Counted from the first letter of the stretch, positions 29,527 to 39,136 are shown. The stretch: 64,000 nucleotides of DNA from Bdellovibrionota bacterium (GCA_044345405.1 JBIJBE010000001.1:104165-168164), one strand, 5' to 3'. The notes: generated from the letters alone by a model not told the origin. Made by a program: numbers and translations.

Positions 29527-29585
29527 CCTTCGTTCGGCACCGCTCTTCGACTCAGGTTTTCTGAGTCGGATTGGGTGCCGAACGT
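29527..29585. terminator. Long nested hairpin between convergent genes (putative bidirectional terminator)
   Basis: cgttcggcacc...cgactcag tttt ctgagtcg...ggtgccgaacg. Outer stem 11 bp, inner stem 8 bp, both perfect. Confidence 0.45.
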
Positions 29586-29606
29586 GTATGCGCCGCGAGG
29601 TTTTGG

Positions 29607-30959
29607 TTAGACCTCAGCTCGAAAGTAGTACGACCCGTCTTTGTAGGTGCACGGTCGATTGAGGCGCCACGCAACGTCGTCTACGACATCTCTTCGTACT
29701 CGAAGTCCTCGGCTCGTGGACGGTGAGACCTCGGCGGTCGGAGAGAGGTCGCGCGCGGCCTCGCCGAAGAACTCCATGAGAAGTAGGTCCTCTGCCTCGG
29801 GGCCGAGGATGTGGAGATCTAATCCCCGTATGCGAGCGATGAGCAAGGTGTCCTTACCGGTCACCCGCTGGATAAACTCACGGTCCTTCTCAAGGGTGAC
29901 CTTGTATCCCATCAGCTCCGCGGGGTGTTTTAGAATACCGAAGTTGACTGGTGTGCTTACCTGACCTTGGAAGGTCATGAAGGCCGACGGATTCGAGGTG
30001 GGGGATTGGTATCCGTAGTCAAAGAAGTGAACGGACGATGGCGCGGGCAGGTCTCGCATCTGCCAGAGCATGGCGATCGCCGCGGTTGGGAGGTGAAGGA
30101 CGTTGCCGAACTGCTTGATAGAGCGGAGATCGCTCGCGTAGCGCTCAAGGATCTTCTCCCCGAGTGGTCGGAACGACTCCGGCATGATACGCCATCCCAT
30201 CTCGAAGATGCTTGATAGGTCGGTGGGCATGAACTGTCGTGTTTGATATCGAATCGCCTTGAGTAGCCCCGGATTGTAGTTATCGAGCTCGTTCCACTGA
30301 CCGCTCGAGATAAGCGAGCTCAGGAGTTCGGCGTCGAGGGGTGGCAAGGTGAGATTCCCATCGGCTGCAGCATCGATGGTAACTTTGCATGGAGTTTTGG
30401 TCGCTCGATGTGGAAGGTGCTGCGCTGGTTCGATCGCCATGTCCATCCACATCTCAACGGGGCGTCCCTCGTGACACGACCAATATTCATTGGGGAGGTC
30501 GTCACATAACTCAACCCCGACGACGTGAGCGTGAGGTCCCGCGATGTGTTGACGGGCTTGGAGCGCAGCGCACCGCTTAAAGGAGATCTCCTTGGGAAGG
30601 GAAGCGCCATGGGTTGTGAACGAGACATCGGAGAAATCGTAGGTGGTATAGCCACTGAGCGATGGAGCGTGACGACACACCGCCCTCGCGAAGAAGAAGT
30701 TGCCGCTTCCCACTTCGTGGACCGCGGGGCGCGCTCCGGGCTGATTCGTGAGGCTCAGAGCGAACGCCAGTGGAAGAGGGGATCTGCGGAGCCGAGGGTT
30801 CGAAAGGCCCGAAGGGGATCGTCGATATTGGAGTAGAAGATCCGATTTGTGGTGCTCGCCCATAGGTTGAAGGGCACGGGGTTCGATAACGGAATGAGAT
30901 TCGGTGGAGCGGTGGGGGATCGCATACCCGGAGATAACGGAAGCTCCGCCGTTAATCAA
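29607..30959 (-). CDS. Hypothetical protein with Rossmann SAM-methyltransferase-like motif I (VHEVGSGNFFFARAV)
   Basis: A glycine-rich ExGxGxxxxA stretch followed by an acidic YDFSD resembles class I MTase motifs I and II. The rest is unrecognised. Confidence 0.45.
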   Translation of the reverse strand: MINGGASVISGYAIPHRSTESHSVIEPRALQPMGEHHKSDLLLQYRRSPSGLSNPRLRRSPLPLAFALSLTNQPGARPAVHEVGSGNFFFARAVCRHAPSLSGYTTYDFSDVSFTTHGASLPKEISFKRCAALQARQHIAGPHAHVVGVELCDDLPNEYWSCHEGRPVEMWMDMAIEPAQHLPHRATKTPCKVTIDAAADGNLTLPPLDAELLSSLISSGQWNELDNYNPGLLKAIRYQTRQFMPTDLSSIFEMGWRIMPESFRPLGEKILERYASDLRSIKQFGNVLHLPTAAIAMLWQMRDLPAPSSVHFFDYGYQSPTSNPSAFMTFQGQVSTPVNFGILKHPAELMGYKVTLEKDREFIQRVTGKDTLLIARIRGLDLHILGPEAEDLLLMEFFGEAARDLSPTAEVSPSTSRGLRVRRDVVDDVAWRLNRPCTYKDGSYYFRAEV

Positions 30960-31127
30960 ATCCCGGGTTCGGTCGGACGCCGAGGTGATAGAGTAATCAG
31001 TCGTAGCCTGTCGTAATTAGTAATCGGCCAGACCTGATTGTACAACTGGAGGGCGTACGATCCTTCGATTGGCGAGTTCTCCGCTCCTAGCCGTTGATCA
31101 GCTCGGCCAAATCTCTACAATCCCCTT

Positions 31128-31916
31128 ATGTTGTCACAATCCCCCAAGGCGTCTTCCACTTCGGCTTCAACCCCTCGCGCAGAGGGCGAGATCTCTTACA
31201 CACGCTTAACGGCCCTGCTTCATCTCGTGGGAGAGAACCCCTCGACCCTTGAGCCGCTGCTCCATGAGCTGCGCGGCACGCAGTTCCACGTCCCAGTTGA
31301 TGGCGGTGAATGCGCGTCGCTCGCTGACTCCAGGGTCTTCTGCAATGAACGAGAGGGGCAACTCTTCGGCATCGCCTTCTTAAGGGAGGCGGACGCGCGG
31401 GAATATTTCCGTGAGTATCAGGAACCGTACAGCTTGATGCTGTGTCAAGGAAGCGATCTCGTCGCAACGTTGACCAAACGAGAACCCCTCTTAGGTCTCT
31501 ACCTCGTTGATGGCGGTGAGGGATATTTCCTGAACGCCGAGGTTATGAGCGTTGGTTCCGGTATCCTCGATTTCAAGAACGCTGAAGTTGAACACGTGCA
31601 GTACGCGCCGACGCCGTACAGCGGCGCTATCCCGAGGCAGCTTCGTACGGAGCTTAATCTGCTCTGTTCGAAGCATCCTCACATCGAGCGGGTTTACCTG
31701 AGCGATATTATCGCCGCGAAGGGGCCCCAGGGAGCCGCCTTTATTATCGTGGGAGACCATGAGGCCTCACCTGTTAACGTGCAGGATATCCTCTCAGCTA
31801 TAGCTACCCGCTGTGGGCTCGCGGATTGGAGGGGCACCATTACATGGATCGATGGGGGAGAGGGTGAGGAGATCCTGCGCCGTAATCACATCGACCTCGT
31901 GTACTCTCGGAAGTGA
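31128..31916 (+). CDS. Hypothetical protein (possibly SseB-like)
   Basis: 262 aa with no catalytic motifs. Loose resemblance to the SseB N-terminal domain. The call is weak. Confidence 0.45.
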   Translation: MLSQSPKASSTSASTPRAEGEISYTRLTALLHLVGENPSTLEPLLHELRGTQFHVPVDGGECASLADSRVFCNEREGQLFGIAFLREADAREYFREYQEPYSLMLCQGSDLVATLTKREPLLGLYLVDGGEGYFLNAEVMSVGSGILDFKNAEVEHVQYAPTPYSGAIPRQLRTELNLLCSKHPHIERVYLSDIIAAKGPQGAAFIIVGDHEASPVNVQDILSAIATRCGLADWRGTITWIDGGEGEEILRRNHIDLVYSRK

Positions 31917-31929
31917 TAACGGGAACAGA

Positions 31930-32361
31930 TTAGCATCTCTGCCGGCCACCTTCGAAATGAATGGAGAGGGTGCTTTGGCGTTCGCCGTCGAGCACCGTGA
32001 CCTCGTAATCGATGTCGGATTCCAAGACCTCCTCAGGTTGGAGTAGGAGCTGGTTCTTCGCTCGGATCTCCTCGAGCTCGGGAGCGCCGCCGAACATCCG
32101 CCGCCATATCGGCCGTGTATCCACCGTGTCGGTGACCGTGGTGGTGCTTCTAAGGGGGACGGGTCGTGAGCCCCCAAGCTGCCTTACCCCAGTAACCTGG
32201 GGGGTGGAGGCGCGTCCTTGGAGGCGGAGCCCGCTCTGCGCACGCGCTTCGATCCGGGCGCCGTTGCTGATTGTGAAGGTGGGAGGGGGCCCGTGACACG
32301 CCTCCGCGCCGGCTGGTGTCCAGGAGAGCGCGAGAACGATGAGCGTGAACAAAAATCTCAT
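31930..32361 (-). CDS. Small secreted hypothetical protein
   Basis: Signal peptide MRFLFTLIVLALSWTPAGAEA. 143 aa. Confidence 0.4.
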   Translation of the reverse strand: MRFLFTLIVLALSWTPAGAEACHGPPPTFTISNGARIEARAQSGLRLQGRASTPQVTGVRQLGGSRPVPLRSTTTVTDTVDTRPIWRRMFGGAPELEEIRAKNQLLLQPEEVLESDIDYEVTVLDGERQSTLSIHFEGGRQRC

Positions 32362-32514
32362 TGCTCAATACTACCCCTAGGCCATCACGTACCCCATCCC
32401 AAATGTGACTGGTGGTTTTTCGTAGGGATGCCCCTAGTCTTTGAGGATTGGGGTAGGCCCCTGATTAGACTAGCTCGGTCGGCCTGTTACACTAGGGGTC
32501 GCCAGGAGAGCGAG

Positions 32515-34137
32515 ATGCCCCCTCACGCACATGGACTACACATCAAGGATGTCGATTGGAAGAGTGGACTGTCGCTGCCGAAGGCGCGCGCGCGTGGTCG
32601 TGATGTTGAGGAGTATCCAACTACCGTTCTCGGGGAACTGGCGTTTCGAATTCGCGAGCTCTACTGTCGCGATAACGATCATCCGCGGCCGACCAGCGTA
32701 GAGCTCGCGCAGACCGCGCGGCTTGTTGGTCTTCTCTCCCAGGAAGTTCAGGGAGCGCCGCTCTATAAACGCTCCCCCGATGAGCTCGAGCTCATTAACT
32801 ACCTCGTCACCCCACGGGTCCTTTGGAGGGAGGTGGTACCATTTCATCGGGCGATCCAGACGATCGTGGCTGAGCGTTTCGCGGAGGACGGGGGCGCGAT
32901 AGCGGCTTTGCTTGGTCGCGCGTGGAGTGGAGGGGAGGGGTCGGTGTCGGTCTACTATCTCCAACAGATAGCGATCCATCTCTGCATGGTGGGGAACGTC
33001 CACAAAGAGGTCGCCAAAGTGGTTGCCTCCTCTATACCTTCTCCGCGGCGAGCCGCGATGAGCGCTTCCCTTACGGGAGGGGCGTTCGCTCTGCTCGCGA
33101 TGTGCGGTCAGCTCGGTGAGGAGCGTGCCAGCCGACTTCTCTTAGGGGTAGGGCTGGAGGCGCTGGCACGGGCTGAGATGGTGGATAAGTTGTTCGTGCT
33201 CGATCCGCTCTCGCGGCCGACGGAGTATCGGTTCGCTTCGTATTTTCTGGCGGACCTTCTTCGAGCTCATCTCTCAGTCCATCCAAAGGAAGCAGGCTCG
33301 GAGTGGGCACCAACTGACGACGAGGTCCTCGATATTACGCGGTCGTGGCTTGAGGGAAGTCACTTCCCTGTAAGGAATTTCCTGCGGCACTGTAACGCTC
33401 TCCGAAGAGACCTCCTTGCTCCTTCTCTCAAGGAACTCTACTACCGGAACGGAATTCGAAACTTTCTGCGCCTCGAGCTCCGGGAGTGTGACGACCCGTG
33501 GTTTCTCATGAACTACCTCTCGGATCGAGACGCCCGCGCCACCGCCGGTCGTGATATTATCTTGGTCGCGATGAGTAGTGGCGATCACAACGACGCGTTT
33601 AGTGAGCGAAGTTGGGAATATGAAGCTATTCGATCGGCTGGGGATTCCCAAGGCTGGGAATTCGACTACGTCGAAGTCCGAGATAGCGTGGAGCTCGGGT
33701 ATCACATCCTTCGACACCACGATCAGGGTTCCCGGGTGGCGGTACTCCATCACCTCGGTCATGGAAGTCGGGAGGGCGCCGAGTATGGCCATCTGGAGCG
33801 TGAAGGGAGGTCGCAGCTCGACCTCGCTACCTTATGTACGAACCGAGACCACGCTGAGGTGTGTTCGATCGCGGCCGCGGCTGTCGATACGTGGGTTTTG
33901 CATCATTGCTCAACCGCGGCGCCGGACACGGATCGAACCCGAAAGATCTCTAATCTGAGAGAGGCGCTTCACAAGGCCACCGATGGGAAGGTGAACGTCA
34001 CGGGTCTAAGGGGCAACGACGCTTTCGACGAGTTGACCCACAGACGAGACTCGCGGGGCCGGGTCATCTTTACAGGCAGGGCTGTGTGGATGGGAGCGCA
34101 ACGAGCGCAACGACGGACGAGAGGCGCGGAGGGATAA
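32515..34137 (+). CDS. CHAT-domain (caspase-like Cys/His peptidase) protein with a helical N-terminal domain
   Basis: C-terminal VAVLHHLGHGS (His motif), then ~45 aa later TWVLHHCSTAAPD (Cys motif), as in CHAT/C14 folds. Start at ATG 32515 with GGAGAG SD. The ORF track start 32218 overlaps the upstream gene. Confidence 0.55.
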   Translation: MPPHAHGLHIKDVDWKSGLSLPKARARGRDVEEYPTTVLGELAFRIRELYCRDNDHPRPTSVELAQTARLVGLLSQEVQGAPLYKRSPDELELINYLVTPRVLWREVVPFHRAIQTIVAERFAEDGGAIAALLGRAWSGGEGSVSVYYLQQIAIHLCMVGNVHKEVAKVVASSIPSPRRAAMSASLTGGAFALLAMCGQLGEERASRLLLGVGLEALARAEMVDKLFVLDPLSRPTEYRFASYFLADLLRAHLSVHPKEAGSEWAPTDDEVLDITRSWLEGSHFPVRNFLRHCNALRRDLLAPSLKELYYRNGIRNFLRLELRECDDPWFLMNYLSDRDARATAGRDIILVAMSSGDHNDAFSERSWEYEAIRSAGDSQGWEFDYVEVRDSVELGYHILRHHDQGSRVAVLHHLGHGSREGAEYGHLEREGRSQLDLATLCTNRDHAEVCSIAAAAVDTWVLHHCSTAAPDTDRTRKISNLREALHKATDGKVNVTGLRGNDAFDELTHRRDSRGRVIFTGRAVWMGAQRAQRRTRGAEG

Positions 34138-34141
34138 GACC

Positions 34142-35500
34142 CTATCCGTTTCCGTCGGGCGAAAGGCCCTTCGCGAGCCTCTCTTCACGATCGTATCGGT
34201 TCAACACAGAGTCCCATAGCTTTTCCACCTTCGCCGCCAGGTCCTTTTTTGAGGCCTTCGATAATTTCTTCGACTCAGCTAGTTTTTCAAGCTTAGTATC
34301 CTTAATCTCTTTGACGTAGGCGCGGCGGCTGTCATAGAGCGCCTCGATCTGTTGGTCGATCGATGCCTCGCTCAGGTCTACCGCCTGAGCCGCGTCCCGC
34401 AAGACCTCCTCAAACTTGCCGTGCTGAACACCGATACTGAGAAAGACCTCAGCAGTTTGAGGGGTGATGTCGAAACCTAGTTTTTGTGCCTCTTTCAGAA
34501 CCGGCGTAAGATGTGTGTCGAGGATAAAGCCGTGTTGAAGTGCTGGAAAGTCGCGCGGGTTCGTACGGGCGAGATAGCTCCAGTCCCGCTTAAACTCACT
34601 CGAGGATGGCTCATGGTCACGCAGAGCTTCGTATGTTCGTGCGGCGAGGCGTTTCTGCTCTGGAGAGAGGTCCGAGTCATTTCCGGCGTTCTTAAGGTAG
34701 CGCATGAAGCCTGGCATCGTTCCCTCGGCTATCTGGTAGTGCCCCCACGAAGCGCCGCCGGGATCGGCCGCCGCATTGGAATACGCGTCGGATTTCCCCT
34801 GCGATTCAAAGGCGCGGCACAGTGCTCCGAAGTCACTCTTGAGGCCACTCACGAACCCGTCGATGTTTGTCGGGTTGGTTGACCTCTGCACGGGAGGGGC
34901 TGCTGGTGATTGTGGTGGCGGTGTGACGCTCTCCTCAAGGAGACTTCGCGGGGCATCATACGGCACGTTGATCATTTTACCGGCCAGGATGAAGGCTTCG
35001 TCTTTGTGACCGTTTATCGCCTGCAAGAGGGCAGGTGTGGTGTTGAATTCTTTAGCGAGCGCCGAAAGGGTGTCTCCAGGTGATACCTGATAGCGCACGA
35101 TGGACGGTTGCTCTTTGGTGGGAATGCAGATCCGTTGTCCCACGCGGAGCGTGTTAAGGTTACAATCGTTCATCTCCCGCATCAGAGCGAGCTGTTTCTC
35201 AAGGGGATGTCGACTTGATGCCACGCTTTGCGCTATCTCTGACGCGGTATCTCCCTTCTTGACGGTGTACGTTGTCATTCGTACGAGCGTTGGCTCTGTT
35301 TCGGTCGTCGCGGAAGGCTCGTTTGTCGCGGGCGGCATAGCGCCTCTCGCGATCGCGCGTCTGGCGTCCTCTCGGTTTGTGGTTGAACTTGGTGGAAGGG
35401 TTGAGTCAGAGAGTGCTGGATATGAGGCGGCCGGGTGCGTCTGTGGTGGCACCTGCTCCGGTGTTGAGGGGCTCTTAAGCGAGGCGACGGTAAGTCCCAT
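34142..35500 (-). CDS. LysM domain protein (2 LysM) with an uncharacterised C-terminal domain, possibly a peptidoglycan hydrolase
   Basis: YTVKKGDTASEIAQ and YQVSPGDTLSALAKEF LysM motifs. C-terminal 250 aa is unassigned. Confidence 0.7.
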   Translation of the reverse strand: MGLTVASLKSPSTPEQVPPQTHPAASYPALSDSTLPPSSTTNREDARRAIARGAMPPATNEPSATTETEPTLVRMTTYTVKKGDTASEIAQSVASSRHPLEKQLALMREMNDCNLNTLRVGQRICIPTKEQPSIVRYQVSPGDTLSALAKEFNTTPALLQAINGHKDEAFILAGKMINVPYDAPRSLLEESVTPPPQSPAAPPVQRSTNPTNIDGFVSGLKSDFGALCRAFESQGKSDAYSNAAADPGGASWGHYQIAEGTMPGFMRYLKNAGNDSDLSPEQKRLAARTYEALRDHEPSSSEFKRDWSYLARTNPRDFPALQHGFILDTHLTPVLKEAQKLGFDITPQTAEVFLSIGVQHGKFEEVLRDAAQAVDLSEASIDQQIEALYDSRRAYVKEIKDTKLEKLAESKKLSKASKKDLAAKVEKLWDSVLNRYDREERLAKGLSPDGNG

Positions 35501-35702
35501 AAAAAACCTTCTAACGATCTCTCGATAGTTTATGCGGGATCGTTGGAGGGGTGTGGCATAGTGGGGCCACTGGGGACGAGCCGTGCGAGGTTTTCGTACG
35601 GGGCCCCCCGAATGAGGGAGCGCTCCACAGCCGAAAGAGCATGTTGTTGTGCGACGTTGCGGCGGTACATCCGCACAACATCGATAGTCGCAGAGGTGTG
35701 GA

Positions 35703-37016
35703 GTGACACCGACTGTCGTTTATGTCGCACAGGTTTCTATGAGTAAAACATCCCCCCTCATAAACATCTTCAGCGCCGACCCCAAAGCCTCTATCGTTCC
35801 GGTGCGGGTCGATGGACTCTCTTTTCCAAAACTTGAGTCTGCGGGGCTTCTCGCTTCAGCCGACTATTCCAAGGTTGAAGGACGCGGAACCTACGAGGAG
35901 TTGGATAACGGTTCTGGGCGCCACCGTTACGTAAAGGGGGCCGGCAATCTTGAGTCGCTCCGGTCGCGGGGAGAGGATGACCCTCGATCGTTTCCACAGT
36001 TCGGTCACGCTCACTCACGTAAGTTCTTTTTCGGGTCTGACTCATCGACTACGGGCATCGGACAGACAGCTCCCCGAGTCAGGGGAGCGCTCGCGCTTCC
36101 CTACGCTGTCGGCGAAGTTATTAACGCCGCTGTCTTCCTTGATCTGCTGATGCGTAAAGAGGGGATCTCAACTGTTCAAGCCGCGGAGGCGAAGGGGCTG
36201 ACGATTCCGGAGGGCGCGATATATTCGCCCGGTATATCAGCCGATATCTGTGAGGGGCTCGCACGCGCTCGACGAGAGAGCGGTCGGAACGAAATCTTGG
36301 AACGTATCCCGCATAAATACGGTTTGGCGTCCCTGCGTGTGCCGTCATGCGCACGCCTTCGTACTCGTGAGGATGTGACCACGTCTAAGGGCGAGTTTTG
36401 GACCCGCGTGTTACGTTCGCCCGAAAAGATGGAGATGGTGGGTCGAGTTTTAAGGCATCAACTACAGTGCGGATTCGTGAGTCTCTCAACGCACCTGCAA
36501 AACGTATATGACGCTCCGAATAGTCTCTGTCCTCACGCTGATAGCAGTGACCTCGTGCCGATCAGCGAGGTTATGAACGCGGGCGCGCGCGCTGAGGTCG
36601 ATAAGGAGGTTCTCCTTGAGGCGCTCGTGATGCGACAGCTTCAGTACATGCCCTTGAACTTGATGCGCTTCTCGGCGTTGCCTGAGCTTCGAAATGACGC
36701 AAAGGGCGCCATTCACACCATCCTTTCCACGATTGCCCCAGGGGAGTGGACTCACCAGGAGCGGGAGGCGTTGGCGATCTCATTTCCTCGCAAGCCCTAC
36801 ACCGTCCTCTCAACGATCGCGAATCGCCTGATTGATATGAATTTGGTTGATGTCTCGCCTCAGGCGGATTGGGTCAAGATTCAGAGGCAACATTCCCGTT
36901 TCGGCTACGATCTTGTGGCTGACCATCTTACGCGGGTAGCGCTCGCAAGCGCATGCGCCTTGTATACCGGCGTTGTGGAGGCTGAAGCCAAGGGGGGCCT
37001 TTCTGACCTCTGTTAG
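35703..37016 (+). CDS. Hypothetical protein, 437 aa, no recognisable domain
   Basis: Long ORF ending 88 bp upstream of the serpin gene on the same strand. Confidence 0.45.
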   Translation: MTPTVVYVAQVSMSKTSPLINIFSADPKASIVPVRVDGLSFPKLESAGLLASADYSKVEGRGTYEELDNGSGRHRYVKGAGNLESLRSRGEDDPRSFPQFGHAHSRKFFFGSDSSTTGIGQTAPRVRGALALPYAVGEVINAAVFLDLLMRKEGISTVQAAEAKGLTIPEGAIYSPGISADICEGLARARRESGRNEILERIPHKYGLASLRVPSCARLRTREDVTTSKGEFWTRVLRSPEKMEMVGRVLRHQLQCGFVSLSTHLQNVYDAPNSLCPHADSSDLVPISEVMNAGARAEVDKEVLLEALVMRQLQYMPLNLMRFSALPELRNDAKGAIHTILSTIAPGEWTHQEREALAISFPRKPYTVLSTIANRLIDMNLVDVSPQADWVKIQRQHSRFGYDLVADHLTRVALASACALYTGVVEAEAKGGLSDLC

Positions 37017-37104
37017 GGCTTACCTCTTTGCTGTAGGCTGATCATGACATCGGATAGTGACGTCTTGTCACGTTTTCGTGATACTGGGAGAGGCTAAGAG
37101 CAAC

Positions 37105-38295
37105 ATGAACTACCGCGCGTGGGTCTTTGGTATCGCCGTGCTTTTTTCTATCGCCTCGGCGCGCGCGCAGAGTGTCGATGTGGATATTCCTCGCAAGCAG
37201 CTCGAGCTCGGCGTCTTCGCGCTCAAAAAAGGCGCCGAACAGAGTGTGAATGTAACGGTTTCTCCCCTGAGTATTCACTCCGCGCTTATGCTGTTACGGT
37301 TGGGTGCCCGTGGCGCTGTCGCTCAGGAGATCGATGAGAAACTTCTGTCCGCTCCGTTTTCGTCCGAGGTGCAGGGGCTCTACACGAACCTGATCTCTCA
37401 GATGAATCTTTCGAGCGAGATGGTGACGTCGACCTTGGCGAACGCGGTATGGCTCCAGTCGGGACTTCCGTTTCAAAAGGGGTATGTTGCGGATTCACAA
37501 CGAATATTCGCCTCTGAGCCTCAGCACGTCGATTTCGGGGAGCCGGAGAGTGCCCGGGGCGCCATTAATCGTTGGGTGTCATCGAAGACACACGGCCTCG
37601 TGTCTCATCTCTTGCCGGCGGGCTCGCTCTCTCGAAGCTCGACCTGTGTGCTCGTGAACGCGCTCTATTTCAAGTCAGCGTGGCTTCACGCGTTTGATTC
37701 AAAAGCCACCAGAGAGGGGGACTTTTGGAATACTCCGTCCAGCTCCTCTAAAGTTCCGATGATGTCGAGCTTGAAGAGTATGGGGTACTTTGAAGATGGG
37801 GCGTGGCAGGGGGTGCAGCTCAGATATCAGGGGTTGGACTTTATGTTCGTGGTGCTCGTGCCGAAAGAGAAGCGTTCCGTAGGGGGCGTCGTTCGTGATC
37901 TTACCCCTGAACTCTTCACGCGAGCTATTGTAGATGCTCGTGTTCGTGAGGTGGAGCTCACCCTTCCGCGCTTCAAGGCGCGTTTCTCCATGGATCTGAT
38001 GGAGCAGCTCAAGGTGTATGGTTTGAACCACCTTGAACGTGGGGATTACTCTGGTATCTCTCCTCGCAACGTATCGCGCGTCAGTGGTGTGCTACACGAG
38101 GCGGTTGTGAGCGTTGATGAAATTGGAACCGAGGCGGCGGCCGCGACCGCGATTACGATGGTAGGGGGCGCGATGGTTGAGCCCGACCATGAGGGGCCTA
38201 CAAAGGTAACGGTGGATCGACCCTTTGCATTCGCGCTCGTCCAACGCTCCTCAACCGCGCCTCTGTTTGTCGGTGTTGTAGGAGATCCTCGGTAG
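37105..38295 (+). CDS. Secreted serpin (serine protease inhibitor) family protein
   Basis: Signal peptide MNYRAWVFGIAVLFSIASARAQS. Serpin motifs SPLSIHSALMLL, FKARFSMDL, HEAVVSVDEIGTEAAAATA (hinge/RCL), and DRPFAFAL. Confidence 0.85.
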   Translation: MNYRAWVFGIAVLFSIASARAQSVDVDIPRKQLELGVFALKKGAEQSVNVTVSPLSIHSALMLLRLGARGAVAQEIDEKLLSAPFSSEVQGLYTNLISQMNLSSEMVTSTLANAVWLQSGLPFQKGYVADSQRIFASEPQHVDFGEPESARGAINRWVSSKTHGLVSHLLPAGSLSRSSTCVLVNALYFKSAWLHAFDSKATREGDFWNTPSSSSKVPMMSSLKSMGYFEDGAWQGVQLRYQGLDFMFVVLVPKEKRSVGGVVRDLTPELFTRAIVDARVREVELTLPRFKARFSMDLMEQLKVYGLNHLERGDYSGISPRNVSRVSGVLHEAVVSVDEIGTEAAAATAITMVGGAMVEPDHEGPTKVTVDRPFAFALVQRSSTAPLFVGVVGDPR

Positions 38296-38300
38296 AGCGG

Positions 38301-38519
38301 TTAGGAATCCGACTCGTCCCCACCTTGGGAGGAGGGCACGGGATTGGATGCGATGCGATAGTTCTCGCCAAACCACTTTGAGAGGTCGTTCATGCGGCAC
38401 CGCTCCGAACAGAAGGGAGAGCGGGTTGGATCGTGCGGCGGGGAAAGGGGAGCCCCGCATATCTTACAATGGGTTATATCCTTATCTGATCTTTGGCTGT
38501 TTTTTCCCTGGGTGTTCAT
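38301..38519 (-). CDS. yacG: DNA gyrase inhibitor YacG (zinc ribbon)
   Basis: CKICGAPL...PFCSERCRMNDLSKWFGENYRI matches the YacG CxxC...CxxxC pattern followed by the conserved W. Confidence 0.7.
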   Translation of the reverse strand: MNTQGKNSQRSDKDITHCKICGAPLSPPHDPTRSPFCSERCRMNDLSKWFGENYRIASNPVPSSQGGDESDS

Positions 38520-38564
38520 ACCGTAAGGGTCGCAGATGGGAGCTCAGAAAGAAAGGGGAAGCGA

Positions 38565-38840
38565 TTACTCCGCGCTAGGTGCGACCGGCCTAAACTTTAC
38601 CTCGGTAACCCCAGTTGAGTCCTGCGCGAGTAAGCAGAGCTGGGTGAATTGCGCCCCTTTCTGAAGGTACGCTTCGTCATCTTTGGATCCCGGCTCAAGG
38701 AAGAGAGTGTCAGATTCGAAGTGGTACGCCTGAATCCGGCGCATCCTGTCGAGGAGCCCGAGCTGTAATTTCTCGTCGAGGTCTGCCAAGAACTTCTCCC
38801 ACAGTACGGGGTTGTTGCCCTTTGCTACTCCATCGCTCAT
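38565..38840 (-). CDS. Small protein resembling DnaA N-terminal domain I
   Basis: VLWEKFLADLDEKLQLGLLDRMRRIQAYHFESDTLFLEP follows the LW..cL..L....F..Wi......tL.L pattern of DnaA domain I. Confidence 0.4.
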   Translation of the reverse strand: MSDGVAKGNNPVLWEKFLADLDEKLQLGLLDRMRRIQAYHFESDTLFLEPGSKDDEAYLQKGAQFTQLCLLAQDSTGVTEVKFRPVAPSAE

Positions 38841-39136
38841 GCTCCACCACTATCCTTTTGTAACACCTCCCCGTTGGTCGGATGCAAAGAACACCCGCCT
38901 GCGAAGGAAGTTGCATTGTGTAAGGGTTTCGGGAACTAAGGTGAAACGTTCGCCGCAGTTCCTCGTTCAGCCTCTACGATGAGTATACCCTGGGAGGCTT
39001 GCCCCCCGAAAGTATCAAAAACTTAAGGGCGCGATATGACAGGGAACTTATTCCCTTCACGTCGCGCCCTTGATGTATCGATTTTCCGATACCTAGGAGA
39101 ATTGCGCAGAGGTGTGACCACCTCTGGAGTAACGAC

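Noticed and set aside
32218-32514. Upstream start at 32218 for the CHAT protein
   Set aside because: It overlaps the convergent secreted-protein gene (31930..32361). An internal ATG at 32515 has a GGAGAG RBS.
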